Positions 11,801-26,800 of a stretch of 64,000 nt of DNA are shown here, in pieces. The notes beneath the pieces were generated by a model that had not been told where the DNA came from, did not search any database, and saw only the letters and a list, made by a program, of their open reading frames with translations. Each line of letters opens with the position of its first letter. Position 1 is the stretch's first letter. Origin of the DNA: Bispira polyomma (Eukaryota); contig OZ287751.1 of the NCBI GenBank assembly GCA_965649765.1, forward strand, positions 67,518,001 to 67,582,000, written 5' to 3'. The position numbers and the translations under genes are program-made.

Positions 11801-14800
11801 AAAAAAAAATTAAAAACAATATTAAAAAAACTAGCAATCAGTGACCGATGAATTGGTCATGTATTCGTTTGCTAACAGTAATTATGTCAGCTGACGTAGT
11901 CACAGACTTATTCCTGTCAGGCTGTCTACCTATAACTTTAAAAAAATCATCTGTCTGTCTGTTGACCTATCAACCTAAAAGTAAAATAAAAATATATTAT
12001 CTGTCGACCTGTCAACCTAATAAACCTAAAGGCTACAAAAAAAATATTCATCTATCTCCTCACAAGTTTACTTAAAAGTAAAATAAACAAAATATTTTCT
12101 GTCGACCTGTCAATCTATAAATTACAAAAAAATTAATCTCTCTATCTGTCGACCTGTCTACCTATAATTAACTTGCAAAAAAAATTAATAGTCAACCGGT
12201 CAACCTAAAAGTAAAATTTAATATTATTATTTGTTGACCTGTCAACCAATAAGTTACCCCCAAAAATTATCTGTTCTCCCTGTAACTTAAAAACTTTTTG
12301 TTGATTTCTTCTTGGGAAAAATGAGCCATTTTTATTGTAATAATATACAGATATCGGGACTTTTAAATATATATGCTAAATGTACGTTCCCTTGTTGTCG
12401 GCTATATGTAGTCAATAATAATTAAACGTCCCTTGAAAAGGGCGCTTATTTGGTTTCACCCCTGGTTTCCTCGCTGCCGCCGCCGCCGCCGCATGGTCTT
12501 CCTTGAATATCTCCTTCAATATTATCTGCATCAAAATTATTTTTGGCAGTTCTCTTAACCAGGAGTGGGAAATTTTTTTCATATTCTTGGCTTTGAACTT
12601 TGGCCTATGTCAGGTGACCCTGGGGGTGTAAAAGTGCTTGTCACTAGGTTTTCTCAGAAAGTATTCATCATAGCTCAATGAAATTTGGTATGTACCTTGG
12701 TAAGGCAATTTTCAGGACGGGAGACGCTGATGAGATTAATCGGATGATAATTGACCGATTGCCAACCGATTGATTTTTATTGAAATGCGAAAAATGGGTA
12801 CTTTTTTGCTATCTTGGAAACTATTGGGATTTCGGCTTTTTCTTGGTATAAGTTATTCATCTACTTTTTGATTTTATGTATGATGTAGAAATCTCACAGT
12901 TCTAAGTCCAGTACTCAATGAGTACTGAGTACTTTAAATGAGTAGTTTGCTCTATTTTGCTCTATCTTGCACTTTTATCAACTTTTCTTTTGAAGTACTT
13001 GTGATAGTTCAATGAAATTTAGCATGCACATTGCAAATACCAAAGCATAGATGTCCGTAAAGTTTTAGATCAATCTGGTGATAATTGATTGACAGGGTCG
13101 ATCAATCATACAAAATGGGGAAAAAATGTGTTGATGGGTGCTTTTTTGAGCGTGTGAGGATTTTTTTTATTTTTAATTTTAGACCAGTACATGCAGCGCG
13201 TAACCTTTAAAGAATAGCCTGAATTTTTATGTATTTTTTACCCCATCCAAAAATATGCGATCGTTACTGATATAAAACAATTTCAATTTCAAAAATTTTA
13301 AAAACTAAGGTTTTTTTTTTTAAACGTCCATTATCTCGAAAACGGTGTTAGATAGAGCGATTTCGAGCTCATTTTTGACCCACAAGGTTAATTTGGCTTA
13401 TATATGAACTTTCAAAAAATTTTCAATTTTGGCGGCCTTCTTGAATTTCTGTGACTTTTACGAAAATGTCTGTTATCTCGGAAATGGTGCTACATAGAGC
13501 GATTTTGAGCTTATTTTCGACCCACAGGTTTGATTTGCTTATATGTAAACTTTAAAAAAAATGTTCAATTTTGGCGGCCATCTTGAATTTCTGCGCCTTT
13601 TTTGAAAATGTCCTTTATCTCGGAAATGGTGCTAGATAGAGCGATTTTGAGCTTATTTTCGACCCACAGGTTTGATTTGCTTATATGTAAACTTTAAAAA
13701 AAATGTTCAATTTTGGCGGCCATCTTGAATTTCTGCGCCTTTTAGGAAAATGTCCTTTATCTCGGAAATGGTGCTAGATAGAGCGATTTCAAGCTAATTT
13801 TCGACCCACTGAGCTGATTTTTTCTTTTATGTAAACTTTCAAAAAATTTCACTTTTTGTGGCCATCTTAAATTTCTGCGTATTTTTCGAAAATGTCCGAT
13901 ATCTCGGAAACTGTGCTAGATAGAGCGATTTCAAGCTTATTTTCAACCCTCAAGGTTGTTTTCAATGTTCGATTTTGGCGGCCATCTTGAATTTCTGCGT
14001 CTTATTCGAAAATGTCCTTTATCTCGAAAACGGTGCTAGATAGAGCGAATGCAAGCTCATTTTCGACCCACAGGGCTGATTTACTTTATATGTAAACTTT
14101 TGAAGTAATTTTTGATTTGGGCAACCATCTTCAATTTCTGCGTCTTTTTAGAAAATGTCTGTTATCTCGAAAATGGTGCTACATAGAGCGATTTTGAGCT
14201 TATATTCAACCAAAAGTGCTGATTCTGCTTACATGTCAACTTTTAAACAATATCAAACCTTGTACACTAAACAATTTGATTATTATTTCAACTTTAGGGA
14301 CGCTTCATTTTGTTATTAAAAACTGTTTTCTAGTTTTGAACGATCTTGCCAAAGGCAAGGGCTAGAATGTAGGGAGACAGCAGACTTCCGGGAACATGCT
14401 GAGATTTCCATTTTCTGGTCATTTCGAATTATTTAGTAAACATGGTCTCTAGAACTTTATTGTTTCGTAGAACTTGCTAGGTAGGGCTTGGAGTGACTGT
14501 GAAAATGTGCAATGTAAACAATTCTCGCAAAGATTGTTTGTAACTGTATAATTTACTAAAATTAAAATATTGGGTGATACAAGTGGTACACATTTAATAT
14601 ATGGCAAAAGATTTTTAATTCCCTTTTCGCTTATATACAGCGTTTTTATAAATACGGACCATATTTGCATGTCAGCAAATAAGAGTCAAATTTTATAGGA
14701 AAAAATTTGTTTTTGAAAATATTATTCAAAATTGAAGAACAATATAGAAATAATGTGTGTACACATATTGTGACTACAAGTAAAATCCCTATATTTGAAA

Positions 14801-17800
14801 ACACAATACAAAATATTTTTACAGAAATGCAGTAGAGCTGAAATACCATTTTATTCCTGAAAGTTTTACTTTAAATTAACTTTAAACACTGTTTCTAAAT
14901 ATTTGTAGGAGTGACACCAACCTCATTTTTTATATTGAAATTACATTTAGTATTTGATAGTATAATACTAAAAGACTTAATTAACATACCTCAGATTAAA
15001 TTAACTCAAGTAGGATAATATTACTGGTCAACATACAACCCCAACATACAGCCACCACAGTAATAAATACCACCTCAGCATCCCAAACACTCCTAAACAC
15101 AGCACAGACACCATGGCCACCCCTCCCCTTCCCCCACCTGCCTTTCATTTACTGCAGCAAATCCCCCCCTAGCCTCACATACACACACAGCACACGTGTC
15201 TTTTTCCACACACAATTCTTTGTGTGTGAAAGAAGACAAGGCTAGAAAGTAAAATAAGTTCTTTCTATGTCAAAGGTTATATCAGTGAGGCCTAGATTTT
15301 TAAAATGGTTATTATAGTTTTTTTATAATGAAAACGAAGTGACTGCATTTTCCCCAGAATTAAAAAAGTGTACCTAGTAAGTATGAAGTTGAATTTTCGA
15401 GCCGATTTCATGAAAGTGCTGTTCCCACAAGAAATTTTACACACTTTATAATGAGAGAGCAAGCTAGTCTTGCTTGCTCTCTCATAAAAAGATAAAAAAA
15501 ACCCCAAAAAACCAACAACATGCAACAACACCATAATGGTTAGTAGGAATAACATCCTTGGGCAAGATGTGAACATACCATGGCCTGATGATAACAGCCA
15601 ATTGGTATCAGAATCACAATCAATGGTTTTTCGATTCTGATATTACAACATAAATTTGTGACTGCACTCTTTGCAAGTTTCATTTATTTTAATAATTACA
15701 TCAATAAAATTTTCGTCACTAGCTGTCACACTACATTAGTGGAGTATCGATTCTCATGTGGATCTAGAAGATACATGGCTTTAAGAAAGTGCTATAAAAC
15801 TCTACAATAGAACGTAAAAAAAGGTCCAATATTTAATGTCTTTTGACAGGATCTGCTGACCCTGGATCCATGGTATCTGGTACAACGGCCGCCAGAGCCA
15901 GGCTTAGTCTGTCCAATATGAGCCTAGCACAGACTAGAGGAGGTGATCTCATGTCTACTATGGGGGGTAGGGACCTCAAAACTGTGGTAGCCAAGAAACC
16001 AGAACTGGCGACAGTTCTGGATGAGGAGGACGAATCTGAAGAAGTGGAAGAGAAGGATGAGAATGATAAAGATGATGAATCAATGGAGGTAGATCTAGGT
16101 GAGTGAAATAACTGTTAATGAAAGTAGATCTAGGTGAGTGAAGTAACTTATAAAAGTTGTGGTATAGGCACCAAACATTGTCAAACAATATAACAGAGAT
16201 GTTGATGAATCAATGAAAGTAGATTTAGATGTCTAAAATAATCGATAAAGGGTGTGGTGTAGAAGTAATTAAAGGTGAGTGAAATAACCGATAAAAGGCT
16301 GTGGTACAAACAGTAAACATGGTCAGTTAGTAATATCAGCTGAGGTACAGTCAGTGGGACATCGGGAGGGAGGATGAACCCAATAGATTATACAAGTTAA
16401 GATAATAGGTATTCTGGTCCTCTTATATAATACAATACATGTACCACTTAAATTTTCTTTACAAGGACAAATACATTGAAAAAAAACTAATAAAGAGTGT
16501 TTTGTTTACATTTTCTTCTGGAATAATTAGGCTACCTCCTGATGAGGCGAATGTTAGAAGATGCTGTCCGTCACAAAAAGGAAGAACAAATTCCAGAGGC
16601 TGCAGCAAGGGCAAGGGCTGAAGACGAGGCGGCCATGTTACCTTTACTGGCTCTTATGAAGTTAATGCAGAGTGACTCAGAGACTGGCTCCAAGGTATTT
16701 GTGGGAGATTTGTCTTTCTTATCCTGCACTTTGTTTACATTTTCCAGAAAAACCTAAAAGCGAATAAATATACTGTATTTGATGTCTTTACTCCATTAAA
16801 CACACACTCACTTTATTTGGTTAGTTTTTCATTCTGAATCCAAAGGCTTATTTAACTGTGTACAATAAGTAAAATAAGTAATGTCAAATATGATATGTGC
16901 TATGTCTACAGTGCTTATACTTACATATTGCACTGGGTGTGAGTTATATGTTTTCTTGACTGTATATTTAGAGCCAGTGAGCCACTTATAACCGTCATTA
17001 CCCCTTAATTAAATGTTTCACAGAAGCTTAAATTTGAATTTAGTTGGGTTTTAATTAATTGTTTTCAACAGCTTAGGCAGTATCATGACAACCATACTTA
17101 TATGGTGGAGAAAACTGTGCTGCGGGCACTGTGTAAACCACATGGCGGCAAGTACCTGACAAACTTCCCCACATGAAGGAACAAAAACAGGACTTGAATC
17201 TGCATCAGTGAGAGTTTGGTGACTATTAGCAAGAGCTTCTAACCACCAGGCCACTGCAGTCCCTAAATGATGCTTGATGATTTAAAAAAAAAATGTTTGA
17301 AGCTCCTTGGGTCATGGGGTACAGTGCCCAATATCAGACTGCCACTACCCACTTAATGTATTCATCCAAGCCTCCATGTATCTGTCCCTATTGGGAATCA
17401 AACCCAAGCCCTCTATATTGAGTGAACGCTCAGATATTCTTTGAACAAGTCCTCTTTTGAGATATGGCGGGTAACTAGGTGCGACTCTAGATATAATTAA
17501 TTCAACAATAAATTAGTGTTGAATTGATACTAAACATATTTGAATTGAAAAGATCCAAACAAGAAGGCACAATTAAAACAATACTGAATGTTTTGCTTTA
17601 ATGTAGCTATGTTGAGAAAACAACAAAAATGTAGCAGTGTATAGAACTGTGCTATACATACATTTAAAATGGTATTTCAGTGGTTCACAGTTTGGAGTTT
17701 GCTATAGGGTTATTGATAAACCGGAAGAAAGAGCCGCAAAAGTAATATTACGAAATTTATTACTACCTGTAACACAAGTCCTCTTTATTCAAATATTCCA

Positions 17801-20800
17801 ATGTATCAAGTCCCTGTACACAAATAATTGTTTGATTTTTTTTAACTCCAACAATAAACAATAATATTTTGGTTATTGCTTGGTCTATATATATATGTTA
17901 CATGTAAACCTATTCCTATTGAGAGGAAATTTTAAAAAACATGTTTCGAAATTTTTTCTTGTCATTTACACAATATAAAATCCCACTTTAGATCAACCCC
18001 ACTTATAATGCATAAAATAATCTTAATTCACACAATGAAATTCCTACCTGAGATAGTCATAATATGCGAAATAATTATGTATTTAAACAATGCTTCATAG
18101 AATTTAAGTCAACCTGCTGCAAAATAAAAAAAAAAACTCTCCATAGCTACAGACAGAGGCTTATTGTGTAAAAATATTCAAAGACATACCATTTTTACTA
18201 TACTTCCTCGACATCTTATCACAGAAAACTATGACCAACACCAATACACAGATTAACTGAAATCTCATAATACTGATCAGTTCATCTGTGTAAAAATGAA
18301 CTAAAATTTCAGTCATCACCGGAAATTTTAGTCATTATGCATAATGACTGGTGATTCCAGGCATTACGTGAAATGATTGAAAGTTTTAGTCATTACGTGT
18401 AATGACTGGTTTCACAGATTGCCTGTCATATAAATAGCTCTAAAAGTGAATAAATATCAGTCCTATGGGAAAGAAGCCAATAAGTGAAAAGCAGTATATA
18501 AAACGTATTTGGAGTTTATTTTAAAACATTGATTTGTTACCCTTTTTGTTACAACATTAACAACATGTTAGCATTACTATACACCACTGTCTGTTAACAC
18601 AACTACTTTGACACATTACTTTTGTTAAGATTATTAACAGCTTTTGTTATGACATTAATATTAATCTACTTGTTAAAACTCTACTACTGACACCTATAAT
18701 ACAATATAGCTGGGAAGCGTTTAGCTCATTGAGCATTCTAGCTTACATCTTTTATAGTTACTAATCAGGCATGCCATTTACCTACGGTGTTAAGCTATCG
18801 TTAACCATAGTTGAGGAATGTCTGGGGATACTAAACTTAAGTATCGAAATTTTAAACAATTGTAAAGGGCTAAATTAAAAGAACTTTAATCATGGGTAAG
18901 TGGAGGGTGGGTTTTCCAATATGGCGCTCAGCCCTCTAAACTTCCAACTGACTTTGAACCCCAAGTGCGGAGGTATTTATGCACATTGATTTCAGCAAGC
19001 CCCCATGTGCTTTAACAACTCACAGCCTCAGTATCAGAAGGCCCAGTTGTATGCAAGAAATGGGTAGACAGCCACCATGTGATTTAATATCTCAAGCTTT
19101 GCAGACACCTTGTGGTCTAGTTATGTGCAGTACATACAGGCCAACCTAGGGGTGACCTTCCACTTTAACCATTGAAACCCAAAAACTAATATTGATATGA
19201 AAATAGCAAGGCCACTTGTGTTTAATTTTATGTTTTTTAAGCTTTCCCTAAGACTGACACAGTTTGCTACTTAAATTCCGCAACACCCGTTACATTTATT
19301 TTACCTTAAAGGTCTACATTGTCCTCATACATGTTTGTAAGGTCTTAGATGTGTACATATTAGTAGCAATTTGTAATGAAAATTGGCGGAGAACTTTGTT
19401 CTGTGTTTTATCAGAATGTCCATATTTGTTGCCAGATATGTCCACAGAGCAATTTCTCAAGTTTTGTGCAGTCATTGCCTACTGATAAGATTAAAGTTTA
19501 TATTGCCTACAAATAGCAGCATTCATTGTGGTATTCATATGTACAAAATATACCCACAATTAATTGGTAACCTGTCATAAATTTCTAGAACTTTGAGACA
19601 CATCAGGTACAACCATGTTATGGGTACTCTATAAAAAGGTTGGACATTATATAGAGAAGAACCTCTATTACTTGGACATCTTTGGGGAACAACAAGCATT
19701 TGTGTCTAGGTACTAATAAAAATTTTATACAACAGGAGAGTGTTATTTTAATATAAAACAATAGAAAAGCTAAATCATTTTAGGAGAAGTAAACCTGTGT
19801 TTATAAAATGGAGTAGTAGGAAAATTTTTGGAATAATAGTAGTTCTACTGTATAAACTGATAGAATTTTGAATTTTCATTGTCTTTAACCTCTTATTTTC
19901 TAGTTTGAAGTTGGTGACCGAGTGAAAGTGGACAAGGATCTTGCACGTGCTAAGGACCTCCAAACAGGCCATGGAGGGTGGGCCCCTGGCATGGAAAAGG
20001 TTCGGCATAGTATATAGTCTGTTGTATAGTTCTGTACCACAGAGGTAGGACTTTAGCACTGAGAAGAATTGATCTTTCTCTTGACTATTTAGTTTTGCAT
20101 TTTGAGCAATTTAAACTTATTTGCAGTAATTTCTAGTCATAAATTGAAAAACAACATTTTTCATTGGAATTCCCAAATCTCTTGAATAAGTTTATTTAAA
20201 GAAAAAAGTATTCTATCAATTTTTACAATATCATTCCTGTGATATATTGCAATGTTATCTGGGAATTTATTTCCAGAAGCACATTAAATGCCATTTAATA
20301 ATATTTTGCTGCAATAATGAAAAAATTCTTAACTAAAGAAATTAGGGGCCGTATTCAGAAAGTGGCTGAAACTAAATTTTGTTTCAAGTTTTGATCTTAA
20401 CTTTATGGCCGACTTTGAGAGGTCTAGGTTTACTAACCACTTTGATATAGTAGCTACAAACAAGTGCTCCTGTGTACACTTACTTATTCATTTTCCTTTT
20501 TTCAGTATTTGGATGAAGAAGGGCAAGTGAAGGAAATCAAAGGGAATATTGTCAATATCCGGTTTGCTAATGGACAGTCGTGAGTATAGTACGGAACATT
20601 CTCCAGAAATAAAAAAATACCTTTTTTGAAGAGCATGTAGAATAAACCAGAAGACTTGTTTAATACAAAACAGAAAAAGTAAATATAAATTTGTGACAGT
20701 GGTAAATGTGAATAAAATCAAATATATTTGCAATAAAAATAACTTGGTTGAGGTTCTTCTGTATTGATATATCCACCACAGTTTGGGTTCATAGACTGTC

Positions 20801-23800
20801 CATTAGGTTAAATGTCCATTAGGTTAAATGTCCATTAAATGTTAACACTTTTAACACAATAAACTGTATCTTATACAGTGTAAATATGAGTACACATATA
20901 TATATATCTGTATATAGAATTTGATTTTAGTTTTTGAATTTAAATTTAGTTTTAATACAGTGTGGAGTTTAGAATTTAGTTTAGTTTTTGATTTTATATC
21001 ATGGCAGCCAGATTTACTGGTGAAAGAAACCAGTGCTGAAGCACTGTAAACCACCGACCTACAGCAAGTACCTGATAAACTTTCCTACAAGAGGAAATGA
21101 ACAGGATTCAAACCCACATTGGTGAAAGGCCAGTGATTATAAAGCAGGTGCTTCTATCCACTGGGCCACCGTGCGCCAATATCTATATGCTATAGAACAG
21201 GAGTTTACATGTGCAGGACTTTTCATCAAATAGAAACTTATTTCACTGCAGTAAATTCTATATAACATCTGCAGAGTGAGCTTGTAAACCACAAAATGTT
21301 CAGACAATAGAGGTTCTACTGTACTTATATATATGTTGCTTTCTTACAGGCTTCGATACAATGCTATGTTACTCACAAAGTTGCGTCCATCTGGGAAATC
21401 TTCGCCAGGAAAACTTGTAAAGGGCAAGTTTAAGAGGTATGAATCTCTTTAGTCCATATGAGTGACATATAATATGTAACATATGTTGGTCACTGACAAC
21501 ATACTTTCAAAGATGCACAACATGTATTTGTATGCCTTGACAGCTAGTTTAACCTTGCAGAACCTAAGTAGAACTTCGTTGAGTCAAATACTCTTTTATA
21601 TTGCAAAAAGTATTGTAGTCCAATTATGGGTATCCCCTTTTGAATATTTCACACATTCGATTTGAAAAGTGTTTGTATTTTACCACCATCTGAGAATATT
21701 GGTTAACTTCCTGAAATATAATGTTATATATCCAAAACATAGTTTGCATTTTATTGTAGGTCAACATTAATTATCCAGGGTTTAAATATGAGACATAAAT
21801 CAAGGGATTAGAGTCCGAAACAAGTTCAACAAAATTGGATTTATGTTTTATGTTTTCGCTCTCTTATTGATGTTCGACAAATAAAGTGTGAGAGCATACA
21901 ATATATTTGGCAGCATTTGAATCAGAAATAAACCAATGGATGCAGTCTGCACTGAATAAATTAATTAAATAGTACTCTGAACAAAAAAATGAGACATGTT
22001 TCAGCAGATGAATCTTTATCCGCATACCATGAAACATTTACACGATACAAAATCATACCATAGCATTGTTGTACCTTAGAATTTGCTAATATACAGAGAT
22101 TAAATGCCAAAAAGACACTTAAGATTATATTATATTTGGTGTCTTTTTCTGTGTTTAAAGGTTGGATATTGTAAAGTTCAAGGCCACAGAATCGCAGGTC
22201 AGGAAGGCTCAAGAAGGTCACGGAGAATGGAACGACAGGATGACAAATGTAGGTGGAAGGGTTTTACTGAAGATATGTGTTAATTACATTAAATTAACCA
22301 CATTCTGTATTATGTAAAGAGATAAGTATACAGGTTATCTATTGGTAACACTTTATAAACAACATACAGTAAATACCTCTGAATAATGAACCCATCTGAA
22401 TATTGAACACCTCAGAATAGTGAACACCTCTGAATAGTGAACACCTCTGAATAGTTAACACCTCTGAATAATGAACATCTCTGAATAGGGAATACCTCAG
22501 AATAGTAAACACCTATGAACACCTCACAATAGTGAACACCTCTGAATAGTGAACACCTCTGAATAGTGAACATCTTATAATAGGGAACACCTCAGAATAG
22601 TGAACACCTCTGAAAAGTTAACACCTCTGAACAATTATTTTAGCCCTCACATAGTGTAGTCCTTCAAGGCATAAACACACTGTATCTATTGATAACATTT
22701 TAGTAATCGCATACTGTAATTTGTAAATGCAGATAACATTTTATTAACTTCATACTATAATTTATAAATATATATATACAATTGTAAAATGTTGATAACA
22801 TTTTATAAACCAGCTACTATAAATTGTAAATACATAATTGCAATTCTACACCAAAATATTACATGTATAGTATATATTTTATACAAGTATACAAGTATGC
22901 AGTATATCTATTGATAACATTTTATCAAGCACATACTGTAATTTGTAAATACAAAAGTGTTACAATACATGTAATGATAACATTTTATCCACTGCATACT
23001 GTAATTTGTGAAAACATAGGACATTTTATTAACCAAAAAACTGTAATTTGTAAATTCATAACTTTTCACAGTTATACTTATTTCTAAGCCTAATATATAA
23101 TTTCATAATTTTTAATCCAATAAATTTTATGATGCCTTTTACCCTGTCAAAAACATAAATGACCACTATTTGGGGGCTAACATAAATACCCACTGTCTTA
23201 TAGTAAGTTGAAGAAAACATTAGTGAAATTAATCGTCAATTCTAAACCATGGTCAGCAATTCTGAACGGTGGTTAGGAATTCTGAACAGGGGTTGGCAAT
23301 TCTGAACAGTGGTTGACAATTCAAAATAGTTTTTAATTATCAATCAAAGATGGTTTTTGGCACTGTAATGTACAATTATTTTGTCTAATGTTAACATTGG
23401 AGCCGGTCATTATTATATATGTCCATTTTCAGGGCAAAATATGGTATCTCACTGCACAAAAGGGGAAGTAATATTAAAAATTATTCATAATTTTCAAAAG
23501 TTTAGAATTATCGACATGTTTAATATTTATGCTGCTTTTTGAGCATGCACAAATATAAATATAGTTTCTGGAGAGTGAGATTTAGTGTATATAGAATAAA
23601 GTATGCTGTTGTGCAAGTTTGGATAATACAGCTGACTCCTTATTTCTGGAATAATCTCCCATTCCACATCAGGGCAGCAAAGAGCCTTTCCTCTTTTAGA
23701 AAAGTAATCTTTTCTAACCTAGCCCTGGTTTTTCTTGGCTGAATTCTAATTTTGTTGACAACATTGGTTATGGTGAATTTACAATGTAAATCTGTTATTA

Positions 23801-26800
23801 TTATAGTGCCTTAATCTGAGGGGAGTTGTACACAGAGTGTTTGATGACGGGGATGTGTATGTGGAATTCCTGAATGGAGACAAGTAAGTCAATTTAGAAA
23901 TAACGTTTTGTTTGGACAAGGAAAAAGTATAATGAGTTCATTTATGAGACTGGAAAGACAATGCAAACTAGAAAAATTTCCATTCATGCAAAACATATGC
24001 AAATCCCAAGTGGGCAGGCTAAAGAACCTTGGGATCTGAGTGGCAACTTTTAATACAAAAAAGGGAAATACAAGTCCAGAGTAATCCAGCCTGTTATATT
24101 CTATTTGAAATAAAAGAGAAAGTATACTGGTACATTAAATACATAAAAGTTAACATTTGGTTTATAGACTCATGTTTGCTGTTGTTCCAGAAGGAGGGGG
24201 CGGGGCTCCCTGGCCTGTCCCCTTTGGCCCAACCTAAGAACATTGTGTGGATGCTATTAGTATTACAGTATTGTTTGTATAAACAGGTGGTGTGTGAACC
24301 CTGATGGTCTCCAGCTAGTGGACACGTCTGCCATAGAGATAGAGGCAGGAGACCTAGTGCTAGTGTTAGACGACAAGGAGAAAGTGAAGGCTTTACAGAA
24401 AGGGCATGGGGAGTGGGTGGAAGACATGGCACAGGTAAGATAATAGATAGGTAAAAGATAGAAGACAGGTAAGCGATTGTACAGGTAGGAGAGTGTACAG
24501 ATAAGAGATTGTACAGGTAAGAGATAGTCCAGGTAAGAGATTGTACAGGTCAGAGATGAATGAAATGGTACAGGTATGAGATGGAAGACATGGTACAGAT
24601 AATAGATGGTATAGGTAGTAGATGATACAGGTAAGAGATTGTACAGGTAAGAGATTGTACAGGTAGAAGATTGTACAGGTAAGAGATGTTACAGGTAAGA
24701 GATGGTACAGGTAAAAGATTGTACAGGTAAGAGATGGTACCGTTAAGAGATGGTACAGTTAAGAGATGGGAAACGTGATACAGGTAGGAGATCTAATTTA
24801 ATCTAATCTAGTCGTACTTTTATAGTGCTTAATCTTTGTACAACAAATTCTAAGGTGCAACAAACCCAAAACGTTAATTGAAAATCAATAATAGTGGGCG
24901 GATGGAAGTCGTAACCAGGGAGACTACCGTAAATGGTTGCGACGGCTAAGGTGGAAAAGCCTGTTCAAAAAGATAGGTCTTCAGCTTACTCCTGAAAGAG
25001 GAGAAAGTTTGAGCCAGGCGAACATGATCAGGTAGGCTGTTCCAAATGAGGGGGCCATCATGAGCTAGGCAGTGATTGAACTGAATTTTGGATTTGTGGA
25101 TGCGAGGGTCGAAAGTGGGAATGTTAAGGTATAATTTATCAGGGTTACTGCGCCTTGTCCTGACTGAGCATGTATATTTGGATAGATGGGGGCTAAAATA
25201 AGTGGGTAATCCAGAATTTAGAAATTTATAAATTATTGTTGATGTTTCAAAAGCAACACGATATTTTATTGGGAGCCAGTGCAGTGACTTGAGTACAGGA
25301 GTAATGTGGGAATATTTAGAAGTTTTGGTCACAATACGTGCCAATGAGTGTTGGATATTCTGAAGGCGTCTGAGATCACTACGAGATAAGGAACGGAACA
25401 AAGAGTTACAGTAATCAAGCCTACTGCTGACCAAAGCATTGGCAACAGTGATTGCAGTGGATTTGGAAAGATAGCGTCGAATCCGCCTGAAATCACGGAG
25501 GCCAACAAAACATGATCTACACACCGATGCGACATGGTTAGAGAAGGAGAATTCAGAGTCAAACACCACACCCAGGTTTCGTACTTTGTCAGCTGGAAAA
25601 AACCTGCTGCCAAGAATGTCAAGTGGAAAACAGCTGGACAATTTTTCCCGTTGCGACTTGGAGCCAAACAAAATAAACTCAGTCTTCTCAGGGTTCAGCT
25701 TGAGTTTATTTGCTGCCATCCAGTGGTGTACATCAACAAGGCAGTTCTGTAAGGAAGTGAAAGCTGCCTGGGCAGAGTCAAGTGTAAGGTGGATGTACAG
25801 TTGGGTATTATCAGCATAGAAGTGAAAGTTTATGTTTTTGTATGCAGCAATAATCTTGCTGAGTGGAGTGGTGTACATGGAAAACAAAATGGGACCCAGG
25901 ACGGAACCTTGGGGAACAACAAATTTTAACCATGTTGAGTCGGATAAGATATTGCCAATTTTGACTGATTGGAATCTATCAGACAAATATGCCATGAACC
26001 ACTTAAGCGCCATACCGCTGATACCGAACCAAGACGATAGGCACTCAAGAAGAACTTGTGATCAATAGTATCAAAGGCTGCTGACAGATCCAGCAGTACT
26101 AAGGCAGTAGGCATACTTTTGGATAAAGATGTATGAACATCATTTTTGATGCAGAGAAGTGCAGTCTCAGTAGAATGACCACTTTTGTACACTGACTGAT
26201 ACCTATTGGACAGATTGCTGACGTCAACATGTTGTTTGATCTGTAAGGCAACCGCGCGTTCTACCAACTTAGAGATATAGCAAAGGCCTGAGACAGGACG
26301 GTAATTTTTCAAGTCAGCCGTTGGAAGAGAAGGTTTTTTTATTAAAGGAGTGACAATAGCCTTTTTAAAATCATTTGAAGACGGTTGGTGGAGCTGTTGG
26401 TAAAGGGGCATTTGGGGCAGCTAATTTAAAACCGTCACGGATTAAAGATGGTACAGGTAAGAGATAGTACAGATTAGAGATGGAAGACATGGTACAGGTA
26501 AGAGATGGTACAGGTAAGAGATTGTATAAGTAGGAGATTTTACAGGTAACAGATTGTACAGGTAACAGATTGTACAGGTAGAAGATTGTACAGTTAAGAG
26601 TTTGTACAGGTAGAAGATTATACAGGTAAGAGATGGTACAGGTAAGAGATGGTACAGGTAGAAGATTGTACAGGTAAGACATGGTACAGGTAGGAGATGG
26701 TACAGGTACAACATGGTCCAGGTAAGAGATGGTACAGGTAAGCGATTGTACAGGTAGGAGATTGTACAGGTAAGATATTGTACAGGTAAGAGACAGTCCA

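Noticed and set aside
13320-14250. Regular repeat arrays as a possible CRISPR
   Set aside because: Eukaryotic intron context, no unique spacers and no cas genes. These are plain tandem repeats.
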